From contig OZ076418.1 of assembly GCA_964187785.1 (NCBI GenBank), positions 40,796,001-40,860,000 of the forward strand: a DNA stretch of 64,000 bases. Direction: 5' to 3'. This document shows positions 9,409 through 23,700 of the stretch, in pieces. Both the position numbers and the translations under genes were made by a program. The notes under the pieces were generated by a model. It was given only the letters and a program-made list of their open reading frames with translations, was not told where the DNA came from and made no database searches. Origin of the DNA: Amphiscolops sp. MND2022 (Eukaryota). The first letter of the stretch is position 1, and each line of letters starts with the position of its first letter.

Positions 9409-12400
9409 CTATACTTACCTGTTCTACGCAGTTCATTCATCTTAAGGGCTCCACAGAGGGTTTGATATCGCATAAATAATTTCATCAGGTCGCATTTATG
9501 GAAGCGTGAAGACAAATCAGCGGTTCACCACAGAAAAAACTGCAGGTGAATGTTGTAGATACTCATGAAAGAAAACGAACCAGCTGGAACTTCATTCAGG
9601 GCGACTTTTTCCTTCACATACGTTTCAAGTACATCCGAATATGAAAGATAGAGCAACTAACTGTTTAGGTTTGAACCGCCGTCGAAACCAAATAATTCTA
9701 CAACTTATGATAGTCAATAGAATGGCGGCTCCGATACTCCCTTCGCGGAATGTTTCAATCAACAAACAATCCCGGATATTTCCATAACCGTACAGGTCAC
9801 GGGAAGGAAAAGTTACAACTCTAGTCATAGCAAACAGCAATTTTACAAATGCTGAAAACTCCCAGTTTTCAAGGAAGGCTCTGATGTCTCGCCAACCATT
9901 CGCGTGAACGCTCACTAACATCAAAGTGATAATAGATAGAAAAACCCCGAAAAAAATTGAGTCCGAATTGCCTTTCAATGTTTTAGACTGGTTACATATG
10001 GTTGGCTGTAACCTTGCGGAATGAGATTTGTGTTTCAAACCTTTCCACCGAAGTTAAGCAAGCCGACAGTTTGCATGGCAAGAAGGAAGATACTGTTACC
10101 ACACGATTCGCAAAAGTCTAAATTATACTAAACTGAAAACTGCAGTAAAAAAAATCTGTACAGTACATTAAACCTTTCGACACCTAAATTTCAAACAAAG
10201 CGAAAATAGCAATCACGCCACTGCATAGAAGTACAAAAAAGGTTGCCGTGGCAGTATATAAAGAGCAAAAACTGGCTGCTGTTTTCACACTCTCTGTACT
10301 TTCACATTTCACTGAGTGACCTCGGCTGATCTGCGCAGTTCATTCATCTTCAGGACTTCACAGAGGGTTTGATTTCAAATAATTTTACCAGGTCGCATTT
10401 ATGGAAACGTGAAGACAAATCAGCGGTTCACCACAGAAAAACTGCACGTGAATGTTGTAGATACTCATGTAAGAAAACGAACCAGCTGAAACTTCGTTCG
10501 GGGCGACTTTTTCCTTCACATACGTTTCACGTACATCCGAATATGAAAGATAGAGCAACTAACTGTTTAGGTTTGAACCGCCGTCGAAACCAAATAATTC
10601 TACAACTTATGATAGTCAATAGAATGGCGGCTCCGATACTCCCTTCTCGGAATGTTTCAATCAACAAACAATCCCGGATATTTCCATAACCGTACAGGTC
10701 ACGGGAAGGAAAAGTTACAACTCTAGTCATTGCAAACAGTATTTTTACAAATGCTGAAAGTTCACTCCCAGTTTTCAAGGAAGGCTCTGATGTCTCGCCA
10801 ACCATTCGCGTGAACGCTCACTAACATCGAAGTGATAATAGATAGAAAAACCCCGAAAAAAATTGAGTCCGAATTGCCTTTCAATGTTTTAGACTGGTTA
10901 CATATGGTTGGCTGTAACCTTGCGGAATGAGATTTGCGTTTCAAACCTTTCCACCGAAGTTAAGCAAGCCGCCAGTTTGCCTGGCAAGAAGGAGGATACT
11001 GTTACCACACGATTCGCAAAAGTGTAAATTATACTAAACTGAAAACTGCAGTCAAAAAATCTGTACTGTACATTAAACCTTTCGACACCTAAATTTCAAA
11101 CAAAGCGAAAATAGCAATCACGCCACTGCATAGAAGTACAAAAAAGGTTGCCGTGGCAGCATTTAAAGAGCAAAAACTGGCTGCTGTTTTCATTCTCTGT
11201 ACTTTCACATTATTTCACTGAGTGAACTCGGCTGATGAGACGTGGAAAAGTGAAAACTACTTACCTGATCTGCGCAGTTCATTCATCTTTAGGACTTCAC
11301 AGAGGATTTGATTTTAAAATAATTTTATCAGGTCGCATTTATGGAAGCGTGAAGACAAATCAGCGGTTCACCACAGAAAAAACTGCAAGTGATTGTTGTA
11401 GATACTCATGGAAAAAATCGAATCAGATGAAACTTCGTTCATGGCGACTTTTTTCTCCACTTACGTTTCACGTACATCCGAGTAGGAATGATGGAGCAAC
11501 TAACTGTTAAGGTTCGAACCGCGGTCGAAACCAAATAATTCTAGAACTTATGATAGCCAATAGAATGGTTCCGATACTTCCTTCTCGAATTGTTTCAATC
11601 AATAAACAGTCCCGGAAAATTTCACAACCGTACAGGCCACGGGAAGAAAAAGTTACAACTCTAGTCATAGCAAACAGTATTTTTACAATTGCTGAAAGTT
11701 TACTCCCAGTTTTCAAGGAAGGCTCTGATGTCTCGCCAACCATTCGCGTGAACGCTCACAGTGATCGAAGTGAGAATAGATAGAAAAACCCCGAAAAAAA
11801 TTGGGTCCGAATTGCCTTTCCATGTTTTAGACTGGTTACATATGGTTGGCTGTAACCTTGCGGAATGAGATTTGTATTTCAAACCTCTCCACCGAAGTTA
11901 AGCAAGCCGCCAGTTAGCCTGGCAAGAAGGAGGACACTGTTACCACACGATTCACAAAAGTCTAAATTATACTAAACTGAAAACTGCAGTCAAAAAATCT
12001 GTACAGTACATTAAACCTTTCGACACCTAAATTTCAAACAAAGCGAAAATAGCAATCACGCCACTGCAGAGAAGTACAAAAGAGGTTGCCGTGGCAGCAT
12101 TTAAAGAGCAAAAACTGGCTGCTGTTTTCACATTCTCTGTACTTTTACATTATTTCACTGAGTGAACTCGGCTGATGAGACGTGGAAAAGTGAAAACCAT
12201 ACTTACCTGATCTGCGCAGTTCATTCATCTTTAGGACATCACAGAGGGTTTGATTTCAGATAATTTTTTCAGGTCGCATTTATGGAAGCGTGAAGAAAAA
12301 TCAGCGGTTCACCACAGAAATAACTGCAGGTGATTGTTGTAGATACTAATGGAAGAAATCGAACCAGATGAAACTTCGTTCAGGGCGACTTTTTCCTTCA

Positions 12401-13989
12401 CATACGTTTCACGTACATCCGAGTAGGAAAGACGCAGCAACTAACTGTTAAGGTTCGAACCGACATTTTGCCTGAACACTCACTGTCATCGCAGTGAGAA
12501 TAGCTAGAATAACTCCGAAGACAAATTGAGTACGAATTGGCTTCCCATGTTTTAGACTGGATACTTATGGTTGACTGCAATCTTGCGGAATGAGATTTGC
12601 CTTGCGATCCTTTCCACCGAAGTTAAGCAAGCCGCCAGTTTGCCTGGCAAGAAGGAGGACACAGTTACCACACGATTCGCAAAAGTCTAAAATATACTCA
12701 TACTAAACTGAAAACTGCAGTGAAAAAATCGGTACAGTACATTAGTAAATCTTTCGACGGGAATGAAAAGTTACTACTCTAGTAATAGCAAACAGTGTTT
12801 TTACATATGCTGAAAATTTACTCCCACTTTTTAATGAAGGCTCTGATGTCTCCCCAACAATTGGCGTGAATGCTCACTGTCATCGAAATGAGAATAGCTA
12901 GAAAAACTTCGAATAAAAATGGAGTCCGAATTGCCTTTGCATGTTTTAGACTGGTTACATATGGTTTGCTGCAACCTTGCGGAATGAGATTTGCGTTTCG
13001 AACCCTTCCACCGAAGTTAAGCAAGCTGCCAGTTTGCCTGGCAAGAAGGAGGACACAGTTACCGCACGATTCGCAAAAGTCTAAATTATAATAAAATGAA
13101 AACTGCAGTGAAAAAATCTGTACTGTACATTAGTAACTCTTTAGACACCAAAGTTTCAAACAAACAAAAGAGGTTGCCGTGGCAGCATTTAAAGAGCAAA
13201 AACTGGCTGCTGTTTTCACTTCCTCTGTACTCTCACATTATTTCACTGAGTGAAATCCGCTGACGAGACGTGAAAAAATTACAACTATACTTACCTGACC
13301 CGCGCAGTTCATTCATCTTTAGGGCTTCACCGAGGGTTGGATATCATATAAATAGTTTTATCAGGTCGCAATTAAGGAAGCGTGAAGACAAATCAGCGGT
13401 TCATCACAGAAAGAACTGCAGGTGAATGTCGTAGATACTCATGAAAGACATCGAACCAGCTGGAACTTCGATCATGGCGACCTTTTCCTTTACCTACGTT
13501 TCACGTACATCCGAAGATGAAAGATAAAGCAACTAGCTGTTTAGGTTCGAATCGCGAACGAAACGAAAAATTCTACAACTTATGATAGTCAAAAGAATGG
13601 CGGCTCCGATACTCCCTTCTTTTTTCAATCAACAAATAGTCCCGGAAATTTTCATAACCGCACAGGTCACTGGAAGAAAAATTTACTACTCTAGTCATAG
13701 CAAACGGAGATTTTACAAATGCTGAAAAATTACTCCCAATTTTCAAGGAAGGCTCTGATATCTTGCCAACAAATATTCGCATGAACGCTCACTGTCATCG
13801 AAGTGAGAATAGCTAGAAAAACTCCAAAGAAAAATGGAGTCCGAATTGCCTTTGCATGTTTTAGACTGGTTACATATGGTTGGCTGCAACCTTGCGGAAT
13901 GAGATTTGCGTTTCGAACCTTTCTACCGAAGTTAAGCAAGCCGCCAGTTTGCCTCGCAAGAAGGCGGAAACAGTTACCGCACGGTTCGC

Positions 13990-16900
13990 AAAAGTCTAAA
14001 TTATACTAAACTGAAAACTGCAGTGAAAAAATCTGTACAGTACATTAGTAAATCTTTCGACGCCAGTTTCAAATAAAGCCAGAGATAGAAATGACGCCAC
14101 TGGCTAAAAGTACAAAAGAGGTTGCCGTAGCAGCATTTAGGCAGCAAAATCTGCCTGCTGTTCTCACCTTCTCTGTACCCCCACATTATTTCACTGAGTG
14201 GACTCCACTGATGAGACGTGAAAAAAATGAAAATTATACTCACCTGTTCTACGCAGTTCATTCATCTTAAGGGCTCCACAGAGGGTTTGATATCGCATAA
14301 ATAATTTCAAGAGGTCGCTTTATGGAAGCGTGAAGACAAATCAGAAGTTCACCACAGAAATAGCTGCAGGCGAATGTTGTAGATACTCATGGAAGAAATC
14401 GAACCGGCTGAAACTTCGTTCATGGCGACTTTTGTCTTCACATACGTTTCACGTACATCCGAATAGGAAAGATGGAGCAACTAACTGTTGAGGTTTGAAC
14501 CGCGGTCGAAACTAAATAATTCTAGATATCATGGTAGTCAGTAGAATGGCTCCGATACTTCCTTCTCAGAATTTTCAATCAACAAATAGTCCCGGACTTT
14601 CATAACCATACAGGCCACGGGAAGAAAAGGTTACAACTCTAGTCATAGGAAACAGTACTTTTACAGATGCTGATAAGTTACTCCCATTTTCCAAGGAAGA
14701 CTGTCTCGCCGACATTTCGCCTGAACACTCACTGTCAACGCAGTGCGAATAGCAAAAAAACTCCGAAGATAAAATGAGTCCGAATTGCCTTCCCATGTTT
14801 TAGAGTGGATACATATGGTTGGCTGCAACCTTGCGGAATGAGATTTGCGTTTCAAACATTTCCACCGAAGTTAAGCAAGCCGCCAGTTTGCCTGGCAAGA
14901 AGGAGGAAACAGTTACCGCACGGTTCGCAAAAGTCAATTATACTAAACTGAAAACTGCAGTGAAAAACTCTGTACAGTACATTAGTAAATCTTTCGACGC
15001 CAGTTTCAAATAAAGCCAGAAATAGAAATCACACCACTGGCTAAAAGTACGAAATGGGTTGCAGTGGCAGCACTTAAAGAGCAAAAACTGGCGACTGTTT
15101 TCACCTTCTCTGTACCCCCACATTATTTCACTGAGTGGACTCGACTGATGAGACGTGAAAAAAATGAAAATTATACTTACCTGTTCTACGCAGTTCATTC
15201 ATCTTAAGGGCTCCACAGAGGGTTTGATATCGCATAAATAATTTCAAAATTCGCTTCATGGAAGCGTGAAGACAAATCAGAAGTTCACCACAGAAATAAC
15301 TGCAGGCGAATGTTGTAGATACTCATGGAAGAAATCGAACCGGCTGAAACTTCGTTCATGGCGACTTTTTTCTTCATATACGTTTCACGTACATCCGAAT
15401 AGGAAAGATGGAGCAACTAACTGTTGAGGTTTGAACCGCGGTCGAAACTAAATAATTCTAGATATCATGATAGTCAAAAGAATGGCTCCGATACTTCCTT
15501 CTCAGAATTTTCAATCAACAAATAGTCCCGGAAACTTTCATAACCATACAGGCCACGGGAAGAAAAAGTTACAACTCTAGTCATAGGAAACAGTACTTTT
15601 ACAGATGCTGATAAGTTACTCCCATTTTCCAAGGAAGACTGTCTCGCCGACATTTCGCCTGAACACTCACTGTCAACGCAGTGCGAATAGCAAAAAAACT
15701 CCGAGAATAAAATGAGTCCGAATTGGCTTCCCATGTTTTAGACTGGATACATATGGTTGGCTGCAACCTTGCGGAATGAGATTCGCGTTTCAAACATTTC
15801 CACCGAAGTTAAGCAAGCCGCCAGTTTGCCTGGCAAGAAGGCGGAAACAGTTACCGCACGGTTCGCAAAAGTCTAAATTATACTAAACTGAAAACTGCAG
15901 TGAAAAAATCTGTACAGTACATTAGTAAATCTTTCGACGCCAGTTTCAAATAAAGCCAGAAATAGAAATCACGCCACTGGCTAAAAGTACGAAAGGGGTC
16001 GCAGTGGCAGCACTTAAAGAGCAAAAACTGGCGACTGTTTTCACCTTCTCTGTACCCCCACATTATTACACTGAGTGGACTCGACTGATGAGACGTGAAA
16101 AAAAAATGAAAATTATACTTACCTGTTCTACGCAGTTCATTCATCTTAAGGGCTCCACAGAGGGTTTGATATCGCATAAATAATTTCAAGAGGTCGCTTT
16201 ATGGAAGCGTGAAGACAAATCAGAAGTTCACCACAGAAATAACTGCAGGCGAATGTTGTAGATACTCATGGAAGAAATCGAACCGGCTGAAACTTCGTTC
16301 ATGGCGACTTTTTCTTCACATACAATTCACGTACATCCGAATAGGAAAGATGGAACAACTAGCTGTTGAGGTTTGAACCGCGGTCGAAACTAAATAATTC
16401 TAGATATCATGATAGTCAATAGAACGGTTCCGATACTTCCTTCTCAGAATTTTCAATCAACAAATAGTCCCGGAAACTTTCATAACCATACAGGCCACGG
16501 GAACAAAAAGTTACAACTCTAGTCATAGGAAACAGTACTTTTACAGATGCTGATAAGTTACTCCCATTTTCCAAGGAAGACTGTCTCGCCGACATTCCGC
16601 CTGAACACTCACTGTCAACGCAGTGCGAATAGCAAAAAAACTCCGAAGATAAAATGAGTCCGAATTGGCTTCCCATGTTTTAGACTGGATACATTTGGTT
16701 GGCTGCAACCTTGCGGAATGAGATTCGCGTTTCAAACATTTCCACCGAAGTTAAGCAAGCCGCCAGTTAGCCTGGCAAGAAGGCGGAAACAGTTACCGCA
16801 CGGTTCGCAAAAGTCTAAATTATACTAAACTGAAAACTGCAGTGAAAAAATCTGTACAGTACATTAGTAAATCTTTCGACGCCAGTTTCAAATAAAGCCA

Positions 16901-17750
16901 GAAAAAAAAAATCACACCACTGGCTAAAAGTACGAAATGGGTTGCAGTGGCAGCACTTAAAGAGCAAAAACTGGCGACTGTTTTCACCTTCTCTGTACCC
17001 CCACATTATTTCACTGAGTGGACTCGACTGATGAGACGTGAAAAAAAATGAAAATTATACTTACCTGTTCTACGCAGTTCATTCATCTTAAGGGCTCCAC
17101 AGAGGGTTTGATATCGCATAAATAATTTCAAGAGGTCGCTTTATGGAAGCGTGAAGACAAATCAGAAGTTCACCACAGAAAACTGCAGGCGAATGTTGTA
17201 GATACTCATGGAAGAAATCGAACCGGATGAAACTTCGTTCATGGCGACTTTTTTCTTCACATACAATTCACGTACATCCGAATAGGAAAGATGGAGCAAC
17301 TAACTGTTGAGGTTTGAACCGCGGTCGAAACTAAATAATTCTAGATATCATGATAGTCAGTAGAATGGTTCCGATACTTCCTTCTCAGAATTTTCAATCA
17401 ACAAATAGTCCCGGAAACTTTCATAACCATACAGGCCACGGGAACAAAAAGTTACAACTCTAGTCATAGGAAACAGTACTTTTACAGATGCTGACAAGTT
17501 ACTCCCATTTTCCAAGGAAGACTGTCTTGCCGACATTTCGCCTGAACACTCACTGTCAACGCAGTGCGAATAGCAAAAAAAACTCCGAAGATAAAATGAG
17601 TCCGAATTGGCTTCCCATGTTATAGACTGGATACATTTGGTTGGCTGCAACCTTGCGGAATGAGATTTGCGTTTCAAACATTTCCACCGAAGTTAATCAA
17701 GCCGCCAGTTTGCCTGGCAAGAGTAGAAAACAGTTACCAAACGATTCGCA
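13990..17750. repeat. Block of four similar 'B-type' monomers
   Basis: Diagnostic gaaacagtacttttacagatgctga at 14649, 15587, 16529, 17470 (spacing 938-942). Confidence 0.8.
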
Positions 17751-20700
17751 AAGGTCTAAACTATACTAAACTGAATACTGCAGTGAAAAAATGTTTACTG
17801 TACATTAGTAAATCTTTTGACACCTGTTTCAAAAAAAGCCAAAAATAGCAATCACGCCACTGGCTAAAAGTACGAAAGGGGTTGCAGTGGCAGCACTAAA
17901 AGAGCAAAAACTGGCGGGTGTTTTCACCTTCTCTGTACCTCCACATTATTTCACTGAGTGGACTCGACTGATGAGACGTGAAAAAATGAAAATTATACTT
18001 ACCTGTTCTCCGCAGTTCATTCACCTTAAGGGCTTCACAGAGGGTTTGATATCGCATAAATAATTTCATCAGGTCGCTTTATGGAAGCGTGAAGACAAAT
18101 CAGAAGTTCACCACAGAAATAACTGCAGGTGAATGTTGTAGATACTCATGGAAGAAATCGAACCAGCTGAAACTTCGTTCTTGACGACTTTTTTCTTCAC
18201 ATACGTTTCACGTACATCCGAATAGGAAAGATGCAGCAACTAACTGATGAGGTTTGAACCGAGGTCGAAACCAATTAATGCTAGAATTTATGATAGTCAA
18301 TAGAATGGCTTCGATACTTCCTTCTCGGAATTTTCAATCAACAAATAGTCCCAGAAACTTTCATACCCGTACAGGCCACGGGAAGAAAAGTTACAACCCT
18401 AGTCATAGCAAACAGTAGTTTTACAAGTGCTGAAAAGTTACTTCCATTTTCTAAGGAAGACTCTGTCTCGCCGACATTTCGCCTAAACACTCACTGTCAA
18501 CGCAGTGAGAATAGCAAGAAAAACTCCGAAGATAAATAGATCCCGAATTGGCTTCCCATGTTTTAGACTGGATACATTTGGTTGGCTGCAACCTTGCGGA
18601 ATGAGATTTGCGTTTCAAACATTTCCACCGAAGTTAAGCAAGCCGCCAGTTTGCCTGGCAAGAAGGAGAAAACAGTTACCAAACGACTCGCAAAGGTCTA
18701 AACTATACTAAACTGAATACTGCAGTGAAAAAATGTGTACTATACATTAGTAAATCTTTCGACACCTGTTTCAAAAAAAGCCAAAAATACCAATCACGCC
18801 ACTGGCTGAAAGTACGAAAGGGGTTGCAGTGGCAGCACTTAAAGAGCAAAAACTGGCGGGTGTTTTCACCTTCTCTGTACCTCCACATTATTCCACTGAG
18901 TTGACTCGGCTGATGAGACGTGAAAAAATGAAAATTATACTAACCTGTTCTCCACAGTTCATTCACCTCAAGGGCTTCACAGAGGGTTTGATTTCGCATA
19001 AATAATTTCATGAGGTCGCTTCATGGAAGCGTGAAGACAAATCAGAAGTTCACCACAGAAATAACTGCAGGTGAATGTTGTAGATACTCATGGAAGAAAT
19101 CGAACCAGCTGAAACTTCGTTCTTGACGACTTTTTTCTTCACATACGTTTCACGTACATCCGAATAGGAAAGATGCAGCAACTAACTGATGAGGTTTGAA
19201 CCGAGGTCGAAACCAATTAATGCTAGAATTTATGATAGTCAATAGAATGGCTTCGATACTTCCTTCTCGGAATTTTCAATCAACAAATAGTCCCAGAAAC
19301 TTTCATACCCGTACAGGCCACGGGAAGAAAAGTTACAACCCTAGTCATAGCAAACAGTAGTTTTACAAGTGCTGAAAAGTTACTTCCATTTTCTAAGGAA
19401 GACTCTGTCTCGCCGACATTTCGCCTAAACACTCACTGTCAACGCAGTGAGAATAGCAAGAAAAACTCCGAAGATAAATAGATCCCGAATTGGCTTCCCA
19501 TGTTTTAGACTGGATACATTTGGTTGGCTGCAACCTTGCGGAATGAGATTTGCGTTTCAAACATTTCCACCGAAGTTAAGCAAGCCGCCAGTTTGCCTGG
19601 CAAGAAGGAGAAAACAGTTACCAAACGACTCGCAAAGGTCTAAACTATACTAAACTGAATACTGCAGTGAAAAAATGTGTACTATACATTAGTAAATCTT
19701 TCGACACCTGTTTCAAAAAAAGCCAAAAATACCAATCACGCCACTGGCTGAAAGTACGAAAGGGGTTGCAGTGGCAGCACTTAAAGAGCAAAAACTGGCG
19801 GGTGTTTTCACCTTCTCTGTACCTCCACATTATTCCACTGAGTTGACTCGGCTGATGAGACGTGAAAAAATGAAAAGTATACTAACCTGTTCTCCACAGT
19901 TCATTCACCTCAAGGGCTTCACAGAGGGTTTGATTTCGCATAAATAATTTCATGAGGTCGCTTCATGGAAGCGTGAAGACAAATCAGAAGTTCAACACAG
20001 AAATAACTGCAGGCGAATGTTGTAGATACTCATGGAAGAAATCGAACCGGCTGAAACTTCGTTCATGGCGACTTTTTTCTTCACATACGTTTCACGTAAA
20101 TCCGAATAGAAAAGATGGAGCAACTAACTGTTGAGGTTTGAACCGCGGTCGAAACTAAATAATTCTAGATACCATGATAATCAATAGAATGGCTCCGATA
20201 CTTCTCTCTCAGAATTATCAATCAACAAATAGTCCCGGAAACTTTCATAACCATACAGGCCACGGGAAGAAAAAGTTACAACTCTAGTCATAGGAAACAG
20301 TACTTTTACAGATGCTGATAAGTTACTCCCATTTTCCAAGGAAGACTGTCTCGCCGACATTTCGCCTGAACACTCACTGTCAACGCAGTGCGAATAGCAA
20401 GAAAAACTCCGAAGATAAAATGAGTCCGAATTGGCTTCCCATGTTTTAGACTGGATACATATGGTTGGCTGCAACCTTGCGGAATGAGATTCGCGTTTCA
20501 AACATTTCCACCGAAGTTAAGCAAGCCGCCAGTTTGCCTGGCAAAAAGGAGAAAACAATTACCAAACGATTGGCAAAGGTCTAAACAATACTAAACACTG
20601 AAATCTGCAGTGAAAAAATCTGTTCTGTACATTAGTAAATCTTTCGACACCTAAATTCCAAAAAAAATCGAAAAGAGCAATCACGCCACTGTCTAAAAGT

Positions 20701-23700
20701 ACAAAAGGTGTTGCAGTGGCAGCACTTGGAGAGCAAAAACTGGCGGGTGTTTTCACCTTCTCTGTACCTCCACATTATTTCACTGAGTGGACTCGGCTGA
20801 TGAGACGTGAAAAAATGAAAATTATACTTACCTGTTCTCCGCAGTTCATTCACCTTAAGGGCTTCACAGAGGGTTTGATATCGCATAAATAATTTCATCA
20901 GGTCGCTTTATGGAAGCGTGAAGACAAATCAGAAGTTCACCACAGAAATAACTGCAGGTGAATGTTGTAGATACTCATGGAAGAAATCGAACCAGCTGAA
21001 ACTTCGTTCTTGACGACTTTTTTCTTCACATACGTTTCACGTACATCCGAATAGGAAAGATGCAGCAACTAACTGATGAGGTTTGAACCGAGGTCGAAAC
21101 CAATTAATGCTAGAATTTATGATAGTCAATAGAATGGCTTCGATACTTCCTTCTCGGAATTTTCAATCAACAAATAGTCCCAGAAACTTTCATACCCGTA
21201 CAGGCCACGGGAAGAAAAGTTACAACCCTAGTCATAGCAAACAGTAGTTTTACAAGTGCTGAAAAGTTACTTCCATTTTTTAAGGAAGACTCTGTCTCGC
21301 CGACATTTCGCCTAAACACTCACTGTCAACGCAGTGAGAATAGCAAGAAAAACTCCGAAGATAAATTGATCCCGAATTGGCTTCCCATGTTTTAGACTGG
21401 ATACATTTGGTTGGCTGCAACCTTGCGGAATGAGATTTGCGTTTCAAACATTTCCACCGAAGTTAAGCAAGCCGCCAGTTTGCCTGGCAAGAAGGAGAAA
21501 ACAGTTACCAAACGATTCGCAAAGGTCTAAACTATACTAAACTGAATACTGCAGTGAAAAAATGTGTACTGTACATTAGTAAATCTTTCGACACCTGTTT
21601 CAAAAAAAGCCAAAAATACCAATCACGCCACTGGCTAAAAGTACGAAAGGGGTTGCAGTGGCAGCACTTAAAGAGCAAAAACTGGCGGGTGTTTTCACCT
21701 TCTCTGTACCTCCACATTATTCCACTGAGTGGACTCGGCTGATGAGACGTGAAAAAATGAAAATTATACTAACCTGTTCTCCACAGTTCATTCACCTCAA
21801 GGGCTTCACAGAGGGTTTGATTTCGCATAAATAATTTCAGGAGGTCGCTTCATGGAAGCGTGAAGACAAATCAGAAGTTCAACACAGAAATAACTGCAGG
21901 CGAATGTTGTAGATACTCATGGAAGAAATCGAACCGGCTGAAACTTCGTTCATGGCGACTTTTTTCTTCACATACGTTTCACGTAAATCCGAATAGAAAA
22001 GATGGAGCAACTAACTGTTGAGGTTTGAACCGCGGTCGAAACTAAATAATTCTAGATACCATGATAATCAATAGAATGGCTCCGATACTTCTCTCTCAGA
22101 ATTATCAATCAACAAATAGTCCCGGAAACTTTCATAACCATACAGGCCACGGGAAGAAAAAGTTACAACTCTAGTCATAGGAAACAGTACTTTTACAGAT
22201 GCTGATAAGTTACTCCCATTTTCCAAGGAAGACTGTCTCGCCGACATTTCGCCTGAACACTCACTGTCAACGCAGTGCGAATAGCAAGAAAAACTCCGAA
22301 GATAAAATGAGTCCGAATTGGCTTCCCATGTTTTAGACTGGATACATATGGTTGGCTGCAACCTTGCGGAATGAGATTCGCGTTTCAAACATTTCCACCG
22401 AAGTTAAGCAAGCCGCCAGTTTGCCTGGCAAAAAGGAGAAAACAATTACCAAACGATTGGCAAAGGTCTAAACAATACTAAACACTGAAATCTGCAGTGA
22501 AAAAATCTGTACTGTACATTAGTAAATCTTTCGACACCTAAATTCCAAAAAAATCGAAAAGAGCAATCACGCCACTGCCTAAAAGTACAAAAGGTGTTGC
22601 AGTGGCAGCACTTGGAGAGCAAAAACTGGCGGGTGTTTTCACCTTCTCTGTACCTCCACATTATTTCACTGAGTGGACTCGGCTGATGAGACGTGAAAAA
22701 ATGAAAATTATACTTACCTGTTCTCCGCAGTTCATTCACCTTAAGGGCTTCACAGAGGGTTTGATATCGCATAAATAATTTCATCAGGTCGCTTTATGGA
22801 AGCGTGAAGACAAATCAGAAGTTCACCACAGAAATAACTGCAGGTGAATGTTGTAGATACTCATGGAAGAAATCGAACCAGCTGAAACTTCGTTCTTGAC
22901 GACTTTTTTCTTCACATACGTTTCACGTACATCCGAATAGGAAAGATGCAGCAACTAACTGATGAGGTTTGAACCGAGGTCGAAACCAATTAATGCTAGA
23001 ATTTATGATAGTCAATAGAATGGCTTCGATACTTCCTTCTCGGAATTTTCAATCAACAAATAGTCCCAGAAACTTTCATACCCGTACAGGCCACGGGAAG
23101 AAAAGTTACAACCCTAGTCATAGCAAACAGTAGTTTTACAAGTGCTGAAAAGTTACTTCCATTTTTTAAGGAAGACTCTCTCGCCGACATTTCGCCTAAA
23201 CACTCACTGTCAACGCAGTGAGAATAGCAAGAAAAACTCCGAAGATAAATTGATCCCGAATTGGCTTCCCATGTTTTAGACTGGATACATTTGGTTGGCT
23301 GCAACCTTGCGGAATGAGATTTGCGTTTCAAACATTTCCACCGAAGTTAAGCAAGCCGCCAGTTTGCCTGGCAAGAAGGAGAAAACAGTTACCAAACGAT
23401 TCGCAAAGGTCTAAACTATACTAAACTGAATACTGCAGTGAAAAAATGTGTACTGTACATTAGTAAATCTTTCGACACCTGTTTCAAAAAAAGCCAAAAA
23501 TACCAATCACGCCACTGGCTAAAAGTACGAAAGGGGTTGCAGTGGCAGCACTTAAAGAGCAAAAACTGGCGGGTGTTTTCACCTTCTCTGTACCTCCACA
23601 TTATTCCACTGAGTGGACTCGGCTGATGAGACGTGAAAAAATGAAAATTATACTAACCTGTTCTCCACAGTTCATTCACCTCAAGGGCTTCACAGAGGGT

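Larger units (their letters stand above)
3490..13990. repeat. Left, diverged domain of the array (indel-rich monomers)
   Basis: Irregular landmark spacing (about 395-1290 bp); deletions at ~7168, 10325, 12462, 12758; insertion at 9078; many private substitutions. Confidence 0.8.
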
